NCBI GenBank assembly: GCA_046727335.1
Contig: JBKPCL010000007.1
Span: 1-34,664 of the forward strand
Direction: 5' to 3'
From: Actinomycetota bacterium
GTDB lineage: Bacteria > Actinomycetota > Acidimicrobiia > IMCC26256 > PALSA-610
DNA length: 34,664 nucleotides
Part shown: one piece after another, positions 9,272 through 19,229 of the stretch
Position numbering within the stretch: the stretch's first letter is position 1
Layout of the letters: every line of letters begins with the position of its first letter
Program-made: the position numbers and the translations under genes
The notes under the pieces: generated by a model
What the model was told of the DNA's origin: nothing
What the model saw: only the letters and a program-made list of their open reading frames with translations
The model's database searches: none

Positions 9272-9637
9272 GTGAACGACAAACCCGAGATCTGGCCCTA
9301 CGACGCGAAGTCCTTCCGTGAAGTCAACGACGGCATGCGGCGACGGATCTTCAACGGCGACGGCATGAGTCTCTGCTTCTGGCGGATCGATCCGACGACG
9401 CCGCGCACGCCGTACGCGGGTCATCCGGACAACGAGCAGTTCGGGCTCATCATCGCCGGTCAACTCGACTTCCGGATCGGCAGCGACGAGCGCACATTGC
9501 TCGGCCCGGGCGACATCTATTACGCGCCGCGCAACATGCCGCACGGCGACAGTCGTTTCATCCCCGATCCGCGCACCGGCGAGACCTGGATTCTCGACAT
9601 CTTCAGCCCGGTACGCGAGGAGTATCGCAATGGCTGA
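9272..9637 (+). CDS. Cupin domain protein
   Basis: GTG 9272 after GGAGGA; HPDNEQFGLIIAGQL, LGPGDIYYAPRNMPHG, LDIFSPVREEY. Confidence 0.85.
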   Translation: MNDKPEIWPYDAKSFREVNDGMRRRIFNGDGMSLCFWRIDPTTPRTPYAGHPDNEQFGLIIAGQLDFRIGSDERTLLGPGDIYYAPRNMPHGDSRFIPDPRTGETWILDIFSPVREEYRNG

Positions 9638-11723
9638 GCCGGACGCGCGGAGCGACTGGCGGCTCGCGGTCGATATCGGCGGGACGTTCACCGACGTGGT
9701 CCTGCTCGACGGCGCGACCGGTCGCGTCGTCGTCGACAAGACGCTCAGCACACCGAGCCGGCCTCTCGATGGTGTCAAGCGCGGAGTGACTGCCGCGCTC
9801 GCGAAGGCAGCCATCGAGCCGCGCGACGTCCGCGCTCCCATCGTGCACGCGACCACGCTCGTCACCAACGCGCTGATCGAGCGCAAGACCGCCCCCGCCG
9901 CGCTCGTCACGAACAAGGGTTTCGCCGACACGCTGCTGATTCGCAACGAGCACCGGTACGACATGTACGACTTGCAGATCGAATTCCCGGATCCGCCGAT
10001 TCCGCGGTCGCTCACGTTCGAGATCGAGGAACGCACGACCGCCGACGGCGTCGTCCTCCAGGAACCGGAGCCGGCCGCGATCGATCGCCTCGCCGAGGAG
10101 ATCCGGGCGGCTGCGGTCGAGGCCGTCGCGGTGTGCCTACTGCACAGCTACGCCAACCCGCGCAACGAACGGACAATCGCCACCGTCCTCGCGGAGCGGC
10201 TCGGGCTTCCGGTTTGCGCGTCGAGTGAGGTCGCGCCGCAGATCCGTGAATACCCGCGCATGGTGACGACCGCGTGCAACGCGTCGACGATGCCGGTGGT
10301 CGGGCCCTATCTCGACGAGTTCCAGCGCTGGCTCGACGAACGAGGCTTCGGCGGCCGGTTGCTGATCATGCTGTCCAACGGCGGTGTCGTCTCCGCCGAG
10401 GTCGCCGCGCGAAATCCCATCCGCATGGTGGAGTCGGGCCCGGCGGCAGGTGCGCTCGCCGGCGCCTGGCACGCCCAACGTCTGCAGCTCGACCGTCTGC
10501 TGTGCTTCGACATGGGCGGCACGACCGCGAAGTCGTGCCTGATCGAACAGCGCGAGCCGGAGCTCAGCAACGACTTCGAAGTCGCGCGCATGTATCGCTT
10601 CAAGAAGGGATCGGGGTTCCCGGTCACGGTCCCTTCGATCGATCTGGTCGAGATCGGCGCGGGAGGCGGCAGCATCGCACGCGTCGACGACCTCGGCTTG
10701 CTGAAGGTCGGTCCCGATTCGGCCGGCGCCGAACCCGGCCCCGCGTCGTACGGACGCGGCGGCTTCGAGCCGACCGTCACCGACGCCGATCTCGTGCTCG
10801 GCATGCTCGACCCCGCGTACTTCCTCGGAGGCGAGATGCCGCTGGACCCCTCCGCGGCGCAGACCGCGATGGCGAAGATCGCGACGGCGATGGAGTCGTC
10901 CGCTCCGGACACCGCGGGCGGAGTCCACGAGCTCGTGAACCAGAACATGTCCGCGTCGACGCGTATTCACGCGGTCGAGCGGGGCGCGGACGTACGAGGA
11001 ACGCCGTTGATCGCGTTCGGCGGCGCCGGTCCGTTGCACGCGTGCGGCGTGGCCGAGCTCCTGGACGCTCCACAGGTCGTGTTCCCGGCCAACGCGAGCG
11101 TGCTGTCGGCGTTCGGCGCGCTCGTGACTCCCGTGCGCATCGACCTCGCGCGGAGCTACGTCCGCACGCTCGAGCTCGTGTCCGACGCCGAACGTGAGGA
11201 GCTGCTCGACTCGATGCGCGACGAAGGTCGCACGGTGCTCTCGAGCGCAGGTGTTCCCGCCGACGCAGTCGTGTTCCGGTACGCGATCGACGCGCGCTAT
11301 TACGGGCAGGGCAACGAGATCACCGTCGCGCTCGGCGAAGGGGAAACCTGGCCGACCGACACTGAAACAATCAGGCAGCAATTCGAGAAGCAGTACGAAG
11401 CCGTCTACGGAATGACGATTCCCGACGTCTCGATCGAGGTCGTCACGTGGCGGATCTCGACGTTCGGACCCGCGCCGCTCGTGTCGCTTGCTGCCACAGG
11501 ATCGAAGGCTGAGGCGAACCCCAAAGCGATGCGACCGGTTCGATTCGTTCGCAACGCCGACCCCGTCATGACGCCTGTCTACGACCGCGAGAGGCTCGGC
11601 GTGGGTGTGCACGTCGCGGGACCCGCGCTCCTCGAGGAACGAGAGACAACCGCCGTCTTGCGTCCCGGCTGGAGCGCCACCGTCAACGACGACGGTTCGG
11701 TCATCGCGGTGAGGGGAGGGTGA
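9630..11723 (+). CDS. hyuA: Hydantoinase/oxoprolinase subunit A (ATP-dependent lactamase)
   Basis: AVDIGGTFTD, HATTLVTNALIE, ESGPAAG, FDMGGTT, IGAGGGSIA, AFGGAGPLH. Symbol denotes the family only. Confidence 0.93.
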   Translation: MAEPDARSDWRLAVDIGGTFTDVVLLDGATGRVVVDKTLSTPSRPLDGVKRGVTAALAKAAIEPRDVRAPIVHATTLVTNALIERKTAPAALVTNKGFADTLLIRNEHRYDMYDLQIEFPDPPIPRSLTFEIEERTTADGVVLQEPEPAAIDRLAEEIRAAAVEAVAVCLLHSYANPRNERTIATVLAERLGLPVCASSEVAPQIREYPRMVTTACNASTMPVVGPYLDEFQRWLDERGFGGRLLIMLSNGGVVSAEVAARNPIRMVESGPAAGALAGAWHAQRLQLDRLLCFDMGGTTAKSCLIEQREPELSNDFEVARMYRFKKGSGFPVTVPSIDLVEIGAGGGSIARVDDLGLLKVGPDSAGAEPGPASYGRGGFEPTVTDADLVLGMLDPAYFLGGEMPLDPSAAQTAMAKIATAMESSAPDTAGGVHELVNQNMSASTRIHAVERGADVRGTPLIAFGGAGPLHACGVAELLDAPQVVFPANASVLSAFGALVTPVRIDLARSYVRTLELVSDAEREELLDSMRDEGRTVLSSAGVPADAVVFRYAIDARYYGQGNEITVALGEGETWPTDTETIRQQFEKQYEAVYGMTIPDVSIEVVTWRISTFGPAPLVSLAATGSKAEANPKAMRPVRFVRNADPVMTPVYDRERLGVGVHVAGPALLEERETTAVLRPGWSATVNDDGSVIAVRGG

Positions 11724-11725
11724 CC

Positions 11726-13306
11726 ATGGACGCGATCGCGCTCGAGGTGCTGTGGCAGAGCTTGATCAGCACCGTGAACGAGCAGGCCAAGGCACTGCAG
11801 CGTTCGGCCTTCAGTCCGATCGTGCGGGAGGCGGGCGACCTCGCCAACGCGTTGTTCGATCGGCGCGGCCGCATGGTCGCGCAGGCGGTGACCGGGACGC
11901 CTGGCCACATCAACTCGCTCGCGGTCGCAGCAGGAGCGATCCTCGTTGAGTATCCGCTGCACGCCATCGAGCGCGGCGACGTCTTGATCACGAACGATCC
12001 CTACAAGACAGCCGGTCAACTGCTCGACGTGACGGTGCTCGTGCCGGCGTGGCGGGACGACCGCATCGTCGGCTTCTTCGGCTCCACGATTCATCACACC
12101 GACGTCGGCGGCTACGGGATCGGCGCCGGCGCGCGCGACGTCTTCGAGGAGGGCTTGTGGATACCCATCTGCAAGCTCATGAAGGCGGGAGCAAGGAACG
12201 AGGACGCCTGGAAGTTCATCCTCTCGAACGTGCGCGAGCCCGAGCACATGGCCGGTGACCTCCACGCACAGATGGCGTCCGGCGAGATCGGCGCGAGTCG
12301 CCTCAACCAGCTGCTCGACGCGCACGGACTCGACGACATCGAGAGCCTCAGCGACGAGATCATCAGCCGGTCCGAGGAAGCGACGCGGCGTGCGATCCGC
12401 GCGCTGCCGGACGGCGTGTATCGCGGCAAGTCCACGCTCGACCTCGCCGACGGATCGCAGATTGAGATCCAGGTCGCGGTGACGGTCGACGCCGACAAGG
12501 GCGAGATTCTCGTCGACTACGCAGGCTCGTCCGCCGCGAGCCCGGCCGGCATCAACGTCGTGAAGAACTACACGCATGCCTACACGACCTTCACGATTCG
12601 CAGCGTGCTCAACCCCGAAGTGCCGAACAACTTCGGCAGCCTCGCACCCATCAAGGTCGAGGCGCCCGAAGGCAGCATCGTGCACGCGATCTCGCCGGCG
12701 CCGTGCACGGCGCGCCATGTCGTCGGCATGTTCCTTCCGATGCCGTTGCTGCAAGCGCTCGCGCGCGTGCTCCCCGAAGGCGTGATGGCCGAAGGGGCGG
12801 GCGCAGTCTGGACGTGCCAGGTGAGCGGAACGCGGGAGGACGGCCGCCCCTTCATCACGTCGATGTTCAACTATGCCGGCGGCGCCGGCGCGCGCGCTCA
12901 CAAGCCCGGACTCTCGGCAACGGCGTACCCGACTGGTGTGGCGGCAGTGCCCATCGAAGTGGTCGAGTCAACCGCACCACTGATCTTCACGCGCAAGGAG
13001 TTGCGGCCGCGCTCGGGAGGCGACGGTGCCGAGCGCGGCGGTGACGGGCAGATCATCGAGTTCACAGTCGACAACGGTCGCGGATGGACGTTGAACGCGG
13101 TCACGAGCCGGCTCGCGTACCCGCCCCTCGGCCTGTTCGGCGGGGGCGCGGGCGCGTCAGGGACGTTCGTGGTCAATGGTGAGCCGGTCCGTACCCAGAA
13201 GAGAATCGATCTCCAGTCTGGTGACGTCGTCCGCCTGGAGCTCCCGGGCGGCGGCGGTTACGGCGCGCCTGCCTCGGCACCGGTCGAAGAGGTTGGATCG
13301 ACGTGA
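11726..13306 (+). CDS. hyuB: Hydantoinase B/oxoprolinase subunit B
   Basis: AFSPIVREAGD, NDPY, HHTDVGG, EEGL, GGGGYG. ATG 11726 follows GGAGG; alternative start GTG 11720. Symbol denotes the family only. Confidence 0.92.
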   Translation: MDAIALEVLWQSLISTVNEQAKALQRSAFSPIVREAGDLANALFDRRGRMVAQAVTGTPGHINSLAVAAGAILVEYPLHAIERGDVLITNDPYKTAGQLLDVTVLVPAWRDDRIVGFFGSTIHHTDVGGYGIGAGARDVFEEGLWIPICKLMKAGARNEDAWKFILSNVREPEHMAGDLHAQMASGEIGASRLNQLLDAHGLDDIESLSDEIISRSEEATRRAIRALPDGVYRGKSTLDLADGSQIEIQVAVTVDADKGEILVDYAGSSAASPAGINVVKNYTHAYTTFTIRSVLNPEVPNNFGSLAPIKVEAPEGSIVHAISPAPCTARHVVGMFLPMPLLQALARVLPEGVMAEGAGAVWTCQVSGTREDGRPFITSMFNYAGGAGARAHKPGLSATAYPTGVAAVPIEVVESTAPLIFTRKELRPRSGGDGAERGGDGQIIEFTVDNGRGWTLNAVTSRLAYPPLGLFGGGAGASGTFVVNGEPVRTQKRIDLQSGDVVRLELPGGGGYGAPASAPVEEVGST

Positions 13307-14841
13307 GCGCGACCAGCCGCGCGACCTTCGCGCGTCGTTGGCGGGACGCGGTCGCGGCGCGCGGCGATGGTCCCTTCCTGGCGTTCGAGGACCCGGCGGG
13401 TGATGTCAGCCGCTGGTCGTATCGCGAGTTCGACGCGCTCGTCGCTCGCGTCGCGGGAGGGCTGCGCGCCCGAGGGGTCGGACCGGGGGACGCCGTCCAT
13501 TTGGCCTTGACCAACTCCCCGGCCTTTGTCGCGACCTGGCTCGCCGTCACGCAACTCGGGGGATGGATCGTCCCGAGCGACCCGCAGGCGACCGCGCGTG
13601 AGCTCTCCGGTCACATCGAGCGTACGAAACCAGTCGTCGGGATCTGCTCCATCGAACGCAAATCGGTCTACGACGACGGCGCGGCCGGCGGTCCCGACAT
13701 CGTCGCCGTCGACGAAGCCGATCACGACGTCTCCCCGCTCGCGGGCGCCGCACTCGATTGGCGCGAGCTCGAGTCGCCGCATCCGCGTGATCCCGCGGCG
13801 GTGATGTTCACGAGCGGCACCACCGCGGCACCGAAGGGCGTCGTGGTCACCCAGGCGAACTATGCGTTCGCGGGAGACGTGATGGCGGCGGCAGCGGGAT
13901 TGCACAACGAGCACTGCCAGCTGGTCGTCCTTCCGATGTTCCACGCGAACGCGCAGTACTACTCGTTCGCATCCGCAATCTCGGCCGGCGCGAGCGTCGC
14001 GCTGATGCACGCGTTCTCGGCGAGCGGCTTCCTGATGCAAGCGGCGCGTCACCGCGCGACGCACGCGAGCCTCTTCGCCGCGCCGATGCGAATGATCCTC
14101 GCGCGAGGGGCGACGCCGGTCTACGACCCGTCACTCGTACACTGCTGGTACGCACAGAACGTCACTGACGACCAATACGACGAACTGTCCGCGCTGCTGC
14201 ATTGTCGCCCTCGGCAGCTCTACGGAATGACGGAGACGATTCCGGCTGTCCTGACGAATCCGCCGACGCGTCCCGTCCCGAACGCAATGGGAATACCGAC
14301 GCTCGGATGTGAAGTCGACATCCACATGGCCGAGTCGACCGAGTCCGTCGAGGACGGAGAAATCGGAGAGGTCGTTGTGCGGGGAGTCCCGGGCATCACC
14401 TTGTTCGATCGTTATCTCGACGACCCGGCGACCACCGAGCGGTCCTTCGTGGACGGCTGGTTCCGGACGGGCGACCTCGCCCGTCGCGACGCTGACGGTT
14501 ACCTCTATTTCGAGGGTCGGCGCAGCGACGTCCTGAAGGTCGCCGGCGAGAACGTCTCGGTCGTCGAGGTCGAGGCCGTGCTGTCGGCGCATCCGTCGGT
14601 GCTCGAGGCCGCCGTCGTCGGCCAACCCGACGCAGTGCGAGACGAAGTCCCGGTGGGCTACGTCGTCCAGCAGCCGGGCAAGCCTCCGATCGTCGTCGAC
14701 GACCTGCACCAGTGGTGTGAACAGCGGCTCGCGAAGTCGAAGCGACCTGTGCGGCTCGAGGTCGTGGACGAGCTGCCGCGCACTTCGGTCGGAAAAATTC
14801 GCAAGTTCATGCTCCAGCGGACGGCGGGGGAGCAGACATGA
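13303..14841 (+). CDS. AMP-binding acyl-CoA ligase (crotonobetaine/carnitine-CoA ligase-like)
   Basis: FTSGTTAAPKGV, YGMTET, GWFRTGD, GENVS, LPRTSVGKI. Confidence 0.9.
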   Translation: MSATSRATFARRWRDAVAARGDGPFLAFEDPAGDVSRWSYREFDALVARVAGGLRARGVGPGDAVHLALTNSPAFVATWLAVTQLGGWIVPSDPQATARELSGHIERTKPVVGICSIERKSVYDDGAAGGPDIVAVDEADHDVSPLAGAALDWRELESPHPRDPAAVMFTSGTTAAPKGVVVTQANYAFAGDVMAAAAGLHNEHCQLVVLPMFHANAQYYSFASAISAGASVALMHAFSASGFLMQAARHRATHASLFAAPMRMILARGATPVYDPSLVHCWYAQNVTDDQYDELSALLHCRPRQLYGMTETIPAVLTNPPTRPVPNAMGIPTLGCEVDIHMAESTESVEDGEIGEVVVRGVPGITLFDRYLDDPATTERSFVDGWFRTGDLARRDADGYLYFEGRRSDVLKVAGENVSVVEVEAVLSAHPSVLEAAVVGQPDAVRDEVPVGYVVQQPGKPPIVVDDLHQWCEQRLAKSKRPVRLEVVDELPRTSVGKIRKFMLQRTAGEQT

Positions 14842-16001
14842 GCCTGCTCGATCCGGTGCTCGAGTCGAGCTTCGACGCGTCGGCGCGCGATGTGAACGAG
14901 GCATGTGCCCTTCCCTCGCTCGTCTACACGTCAGAGGAGTTCTTCGAGTTCGAGAAGGACGCGGTCTTCGGTCACGAGTGGCTGTGTGTCGGCCGCGCCG
15001 ATCAGATCGCGAATCCCGGCGATTGGTATGCCTTCGAGATCGCGGGCGAGCCGTTGCTGGTGACCCGTGACCGGAACGGTGAGATCCGCGTGCTCAGCGC
15101 GGTCTGCCGGCACCGCGGGATGGTGGTCGCCGAGGGTTCGGGGCACGCATCGAAGTTCACGTGTCCGTACCACCACTGGAGCTATGCGCTCGACGGCCGG
15201 CTGCTCGGCGCGCCGGCGATGGAACGTGCGGTCGACTTCGACAAATCGCAACACGGGCTTCCATCGCTACGTGTCGAGATCTGGAAGGGCTTCGTGTTCG
15301 CGTCGTTCGACGCGGACATCGCACCGCTTGCCCCTGGGCTCGTCGAGCTGGATGAGCCGCTCAAGGGTTACGAGTTGGACGACGCGGTGACGATTCACAG
15401 CAAGACGTTGCCGGACCTTCCGTGGAACTGGAAGGTCATGTTGGAGAACTTCAACGATCCGTACCACGCGAGCCGCCTGCACGAGCCGTTGCAGACGTTC
15501 GCGCCGAGCGGCATGAGCGACTTCTTCTCGTGGCGCGACGACATACGCCATGTGTCGAGGATTCAGCACTTCACGCATGTGGACGGCTCGTTCAACCCGA
15601 CGATGAAGAACCTGCTACCGGTATTCCCCGGGCTCTCCGAGGAAGAACGCAAGCGTGGCCTCTTCGTGCTGATTCCACCGACGCTCGCGCTCGCGATCGT
15701 GCCCGACGAAGTTGCCTACTTCATCGTTCGGCCCCAGAACGCGAACACGATCACGATCGACATCAACTACTGCTTCAATCAGAAGCAGCTCGACGTGCCG
15801 CTGTTCGACCAACTCTTCGCCGCCGCGCAGGCAGGCGTCGACAACTTCAACGTCCAAGACGTGTACGCGGACACGATGGTCCAGCGTGGGTTGAGATCAC
15901 GGTTCGCGCCGCGCGGGCGGTACTCGTGGCAGGAGGCAACGCTGCCGCAATTCAATCGCTGGCTGGTGCAGCGGTACCGAGCGCACTGGCCGAGACCGTA
16001 A
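14838..16001 (+). CDS. Rieske non-heme iron oxygenase alpha subunit 1
   Basis: Rieske motif CRHRG...CPYHHW; mononuclear Fe motif NWKVMLENFNDPYHASRLH; distal QD; VQRGLRS. Confidence 0.93.
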   Translation: MSLLDPVLESSFDASARDVNEACALPSLVYTSEEFFEFEKDAVFGHEWLCVGRADQIANPGDWYAFEIAGEPLLVTRDRNGEIRVLSAVCRHRGMVVAEGSGHASKFTCPYHHWSYALDGRLLGAPAMERAVDFDKSQHGLPSLRVEIWKGFVFASFDADIAPLAPGLVELDEPLKGYELDDAVTIHSKTLPDLPWNWKVMLENFNDPYHASRLHEPLQTFAPSGMSDFFSWRDDIRHVSRIQHFTHVDGSFNPTMKNLLPVFPGLSEEERKRGLFVLIPPTLALAIVPDEVAYFIVRPQNANTITIDINYCFNQKQLDVPLFDQLFAAAQAGVDNFNVQDVYADTMVQRGLRSRFAPRGRYSWQEATLPQFNRWLVQRYRAHWPRP

Positions 16002-16018
16002 CGAGAGGAGAGAGGACC

Positions 16019-16387
16019 ATGGTGCCGCCGATCGGAAGCCTGCTCGTCGGATCGTCCAACGTCGATGCAATGAAGGATTGGTATCGCCGCGCGTTCGGTG
16101 TGACTGACAATCAGATGGGAGCGTTCGAGTTCGGTCCCGTGCAGCTCTTCATCGAAGAGCACAGTGAAGTCAGCGGACCGACGCGGGAGCCTGCACGAGT
16201 CATCATCAATCTCGACGTCGGAGACTGTCGTGAGCTCGAGCGCCAGCTCGAGGACATGAGCGCGACATGGGTCCGGAAGGTCGAGCAGATGCCCTTCGGG
16301 TTGATCGGCACCGTCGCCGACCCGGACGGAAATTACGTCCAGATCATCGAGTGGGGTGCGCAGCCGGAAGCGCACAAGGAGTCGTAG
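16019..16387 (+). CDS. VOC family protein
   Basis: ATG 16019 after GAGAGG; C-terminal MPFGLIGTVADPDGNYVQIIE. Confidence 0.82.
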   Translation: MVPPIGSLLVGSSNVDAMKDWYRRAFGVTDNQMGAFEFGPVQLFIEEHSEVSGPTREPARVIINLDVGDCRELERQLEDMSATWVRKVEQMPFGLIGTVADPDGNYVQIIEWGAQPEAHKES

Positions 16388-16442
16388 TCATGGCGCATAA
16401 ATGTTCACCGCTCAAGGCGGGAGACAAGAACAGGAGACAGAA

Positions 16443-17606
16443 ATGACGAGCGGGAAACTGCGGGCAGCTGTCATCGCGATGGCGGCGTTTGCGCTGATCG
16501 TCGCCGCGTGCGGTAGTAGCAGCAAGAGCTCCTCGAGCAACAAGTCGACAACAACGGGAGCATCGTCGAACGGTCCATGGGGTTGGCCCGGGAACGCCAC
16601 GACGGGGTATCTCGCCCCTCATCAGCCCGACGTCAATAAGGACGGCAAGGTCGTGATCGGCGTGATCAGCCCGGGTGACACGCACGACAAGGGGTACTAC
16701 GAGAGCTTCGTCGACCAAGCCGACAAGTTCGCCGCGGCCAACGGCTGGAAGGTCATCACCGTCGACAAAATCCCTGACTCACAAGCGGCACAGGCAGCCC
16801 GCAACATGTGTCAACAGCATCCGGACATGGTCGCGATTGCGGCAAGCGAGCTGAAGGACGCGATCCCGGTCGCGTCGGAGCCCGTGTGCAAGAACACCGT
16901 GTGGTATGTCGCCGGCGGTCAGGGCGTCACCCAGACGCCGTACTTCGTGCAGACGAACGACATCGAGAGCCAGTCGGCATATGTCTCGGGCGTCGCAGCG
17001 GGGATGCTGATGAAGCAGAGCGGTACGAAGAAGGCCGGCTTCATCACCGGTCCGCAGGCGAGCTTCACCACCGACTTCGCAAAGGGCTGGGAGGCGGGCA
17101 TCAAGTCCCAGGTTCCCGACGCCACGGTCGTGTCGACCTACACGGGAAGCTTCGACGACTCGGGGAAGGCGGTCGAGGCGTACAACGCGCAGAAGGCACA
17201 AGGCATCGGCATCGTCTACCCGTATCTCGGAGGTGCGACGTTCGCAGTTGCGGGAGCGGCACAGAAGGACAACGTCCCCGTGCTCACGCCCGGGACGGAC
17301 AACTGTGCGATCCCGAGCCCGAAGTTCGCGATCTCGGTGATCTTCGACCCGGGGACGTACTTCGCGACCGCGCTGCGGCCGTTCAAGGACGGCAATCTGT
17401 ACGTCGGGAAGGCGCTCACCTTCCACATGGGCAAGGACCCCGCGCCCACGGTGAAGATGTGCACCCCGACGCCTGACCAGAAGGCGACGCTCGACAAGCT
17501 CATCGCCGACGTCGGATCGGGCAAGGTGCGCACCGATCAGCTCACTGGGCTCAACGACTACAACGGTTACGACCCGACTGCCCCGACGACGACGTCGAAG
17601 CCGTAG
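16443..17606 (+). CDS. BMP-family ABC transporter substrate-binding lipoprotein
   Basis: Signal peptide with lipobox VAAC, Ser/Thr linker, PGDTHDKGYYES, AYVSGVAAG, YTGSFDD. ATG follows AGGAG. Confidence 0.87.
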   Translation: MTSGKLRAAVIAMAAFALIVAACGSSSKSSSSNKSTTTGASSNGPWGWPGNATTGYLAPHQPDVNKDGKVVIGVISPGDTHDKGYYESFVDQADKFAAANGWKVITVDKIPDSQAAQAARNMCQQHPDMVAIAASELKDAIPVASEPVCKNTVWYVAGGQGVTQTPYFVQTNDIESQSAYVSGVAAGMLMKQSGTKKAGFITGPQASFTTDFAKGWEAGIKSQVPDATVVSTYTGSFDDSGKAVEAYNAQKAQGIGIVYPYLGGATFAVAGAAQKDNVPVLTPGTDNCAIPSPKFAISVIFDPGTYFATALRPFKDGNLYVGKALTFHMGKDPAPTVKMCTPTPDQKATLDKLIADVGSGKVRTDQLTGLNDYNGYDPTAPTTTSKP

Positions 17607-17609
17607 GAC

Positions 17610-19229
17610 ATGGCCGGACGGCCCGCCGTCGCTGGGGAAATGGGGGAGGCGCTCGCCGCCTCCCCCGTCCCCGCGCTCGAGGCGCGGACGATCACGAAAC
17701 GGTTCGGATCGGTCGTTGCCTGCGATCGCGTCGACCTGTGCGCGATGCGCGGTGAGATTCACGGCATTCTCGGGCAGAACGGCGCAGGCAAGACGACGCT
17801 GATGAACGCGTTTCTCGGTCTGGTCACACCCGACGCCGGGACGATCCTGCTCAACGGCCGGCCGGTGGCTGTTCGGGATCCCATCGAAGCGGCGTCGCTC
17901 GGTCTCGCGATGGTGCATCAGCACTTCAGCCTCATCGGACCCCTCACCGTCTGGGAGAACCTCACGCTCGGCGAAAAAGGGCGGGTCGACAAGAAGCGGA
18001 GTGTGCGACGTATCGAGGACATCGCCCGTCGCTACACACTCGAAGTCGATCCTCTGGCCCGGGTCGACGACCTCACGACGGGGCAGCGCCAACGCGTCGA
18101 GATCGTGAAGTGCCTGCTGCGTGATCCCGACGTGTTCATCCTCGACGAGCCCACCTCGGTGCTGACGGGCGTCGAATCGCTTGAGCTGTTTCGCGTGCTC
18201 CGGCAGGTCGTCCAACAGGAGCACCGCGCGGTGCTGTTGATCAGCCACAAGCTCGACGAGGTCCTGCACGCGACCGACTCCGTGACGATCATGCGCGGCG
18301 GTCGCGTGGTCGCGCACCGGCGGACAGCGGAGACCGATACCTCGGAGCTCGCGCGCGAGATGATCGGACGGCAGGTTTCGTTGCGATCAATGGGCGCGGC
18401 ACTCGGGCACCTCGAATTCGACGGTGACGAAGCCGACGCTGCCGGCGACCCTGCCCGGCGCGCGGGGACCACGCCACCCAAACGCGACGTCGTGCTCGCG
18501 ATTCGCGACGCCGAGGCGCGCGCGCCGGATGGCCGGCCGCTGCTCGACGGCCTCACGCTGACCGTTCGGCGAGGGGAGATCCTCGGGCTCGCCGGCGTCG
18601 AAGGCAACGGTCAGAAGCCGCTCGGTGATGTGTTGTCCAGCCTCCTCCCACTCACCTCGGGACGCGTCGAGGTCGACGGCAAGCCGGTCGTGACCGGTCG
18701 CGCCGGAGCGATGGCGGCCGCAGGGATCGGCGTCATTCCCGAGGACCGTCACGTGTCGGGCTCCGTGATGGACATGTCCGTTGCCGAGAACCTCGTGCTC
18801 GGAGACGTCGACAGCATGTGCTCGCGCGGATTCCTCGACCAGCGCCGGCTGCGCCGGCGGGCCGAGGACCTCGCGCGCGAGTTCGACATCGTCCATTCGT
18901 CGGTCGACGCGCCGTTCCGATCCCTCTCGGGGGGCAACCAGCAGCGCGTCGTGCTGGCGCGCGAGCTCTCTCGGTCGCCTCGCGTGCTCGTCGCCGCACA
19001 GCCGACGCGGGGCCTCGACGTCGGCGCGATCGAGTACATGACGAGCCGGCTCCGGGACGTCGCGAAGTCCGGAGTCGGAGTGCTCTTGATCTCCACCGAG
19101 CTCGAGGAGGTTCTCGAGCTGTCCGATCGCATTGCGGTCGTGCATCGCGGGCGCATCGTCGGTGAGATGACGCGCCACAACATCGACCTCGAGCGACTCG
19201 GTCTCATGATGGGAGGCCAGGCGGCATGA
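17610..19229 (+). CDS. ABC transporter ATP-binding protein, two domains (CUT2/nucleoside type)
   Basis: Walker A GQNGAGKTT, LDEPT, degenerate second Walker A GVEGNGQ, LSGGNQQ, QPTRGLD. Confidence 0.95.
   Translation: MAGRPAVAGEMGEALAASPVPALEARTITKRFGSVVACDRVDLCAMRGEIHGILGQNGAGKTTLMNAFLGLVTPDAGTILLNGRPVAVRDPIEAASLGLAMVHQHFSLIGPLTVWENLTLGEKGRVDKKRSVRRIEDIARRYTLEVDPLARVDDLTTGQRQRVEIVKCLLRDPDVFILDEPTSVLTGVESLELFRVLRQVVQQEHRAVLLISHKLDEVLHATDSVTIMRGGRVVAHRRTAETDTSELAREMIGRQVSLRSMGAALGHLEFDGDEADAAGDPARRAGTTPPKRDVVLAIRDAEARAPDGRPLLDGLTLTVRRGEILGLAGVEGNGQKPLGDVLSSLLPLTSGRVEVDGKPVVTGRAGAMAAAGIGVIPEDRHVSGSVMDMSVAENLVLGDVDSMCSRGFLDQRRLRRRAEDLAREFDIVHSSVDAPFRSLSGGNQQRVVLARELSRSPRVLVAAQPTRGLDVGAIEYMTSRLRDVAKSGVGVLLISTELEEVLELSDRIAVVHRGRIVGEMTRHNIDLERLGLMMGGQAA

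Noticed and set aside
10137-12901. Long minus-strand ORFs opposite hyuA/hyuB (similar ones lie opposite the ABC genes)
   Set aside because: No recognisable motifs; expected antisense open frames from GC-rich codon usage.
13303-16001. Assignment as carnitine/choline pathway (caiC, cntA)
   Set aside because: The Rieske reads NDPYH rather than the CntA-type ECYHC, there is no cntB-like reductase or BCCT transporter, and the importer is BMP-type.
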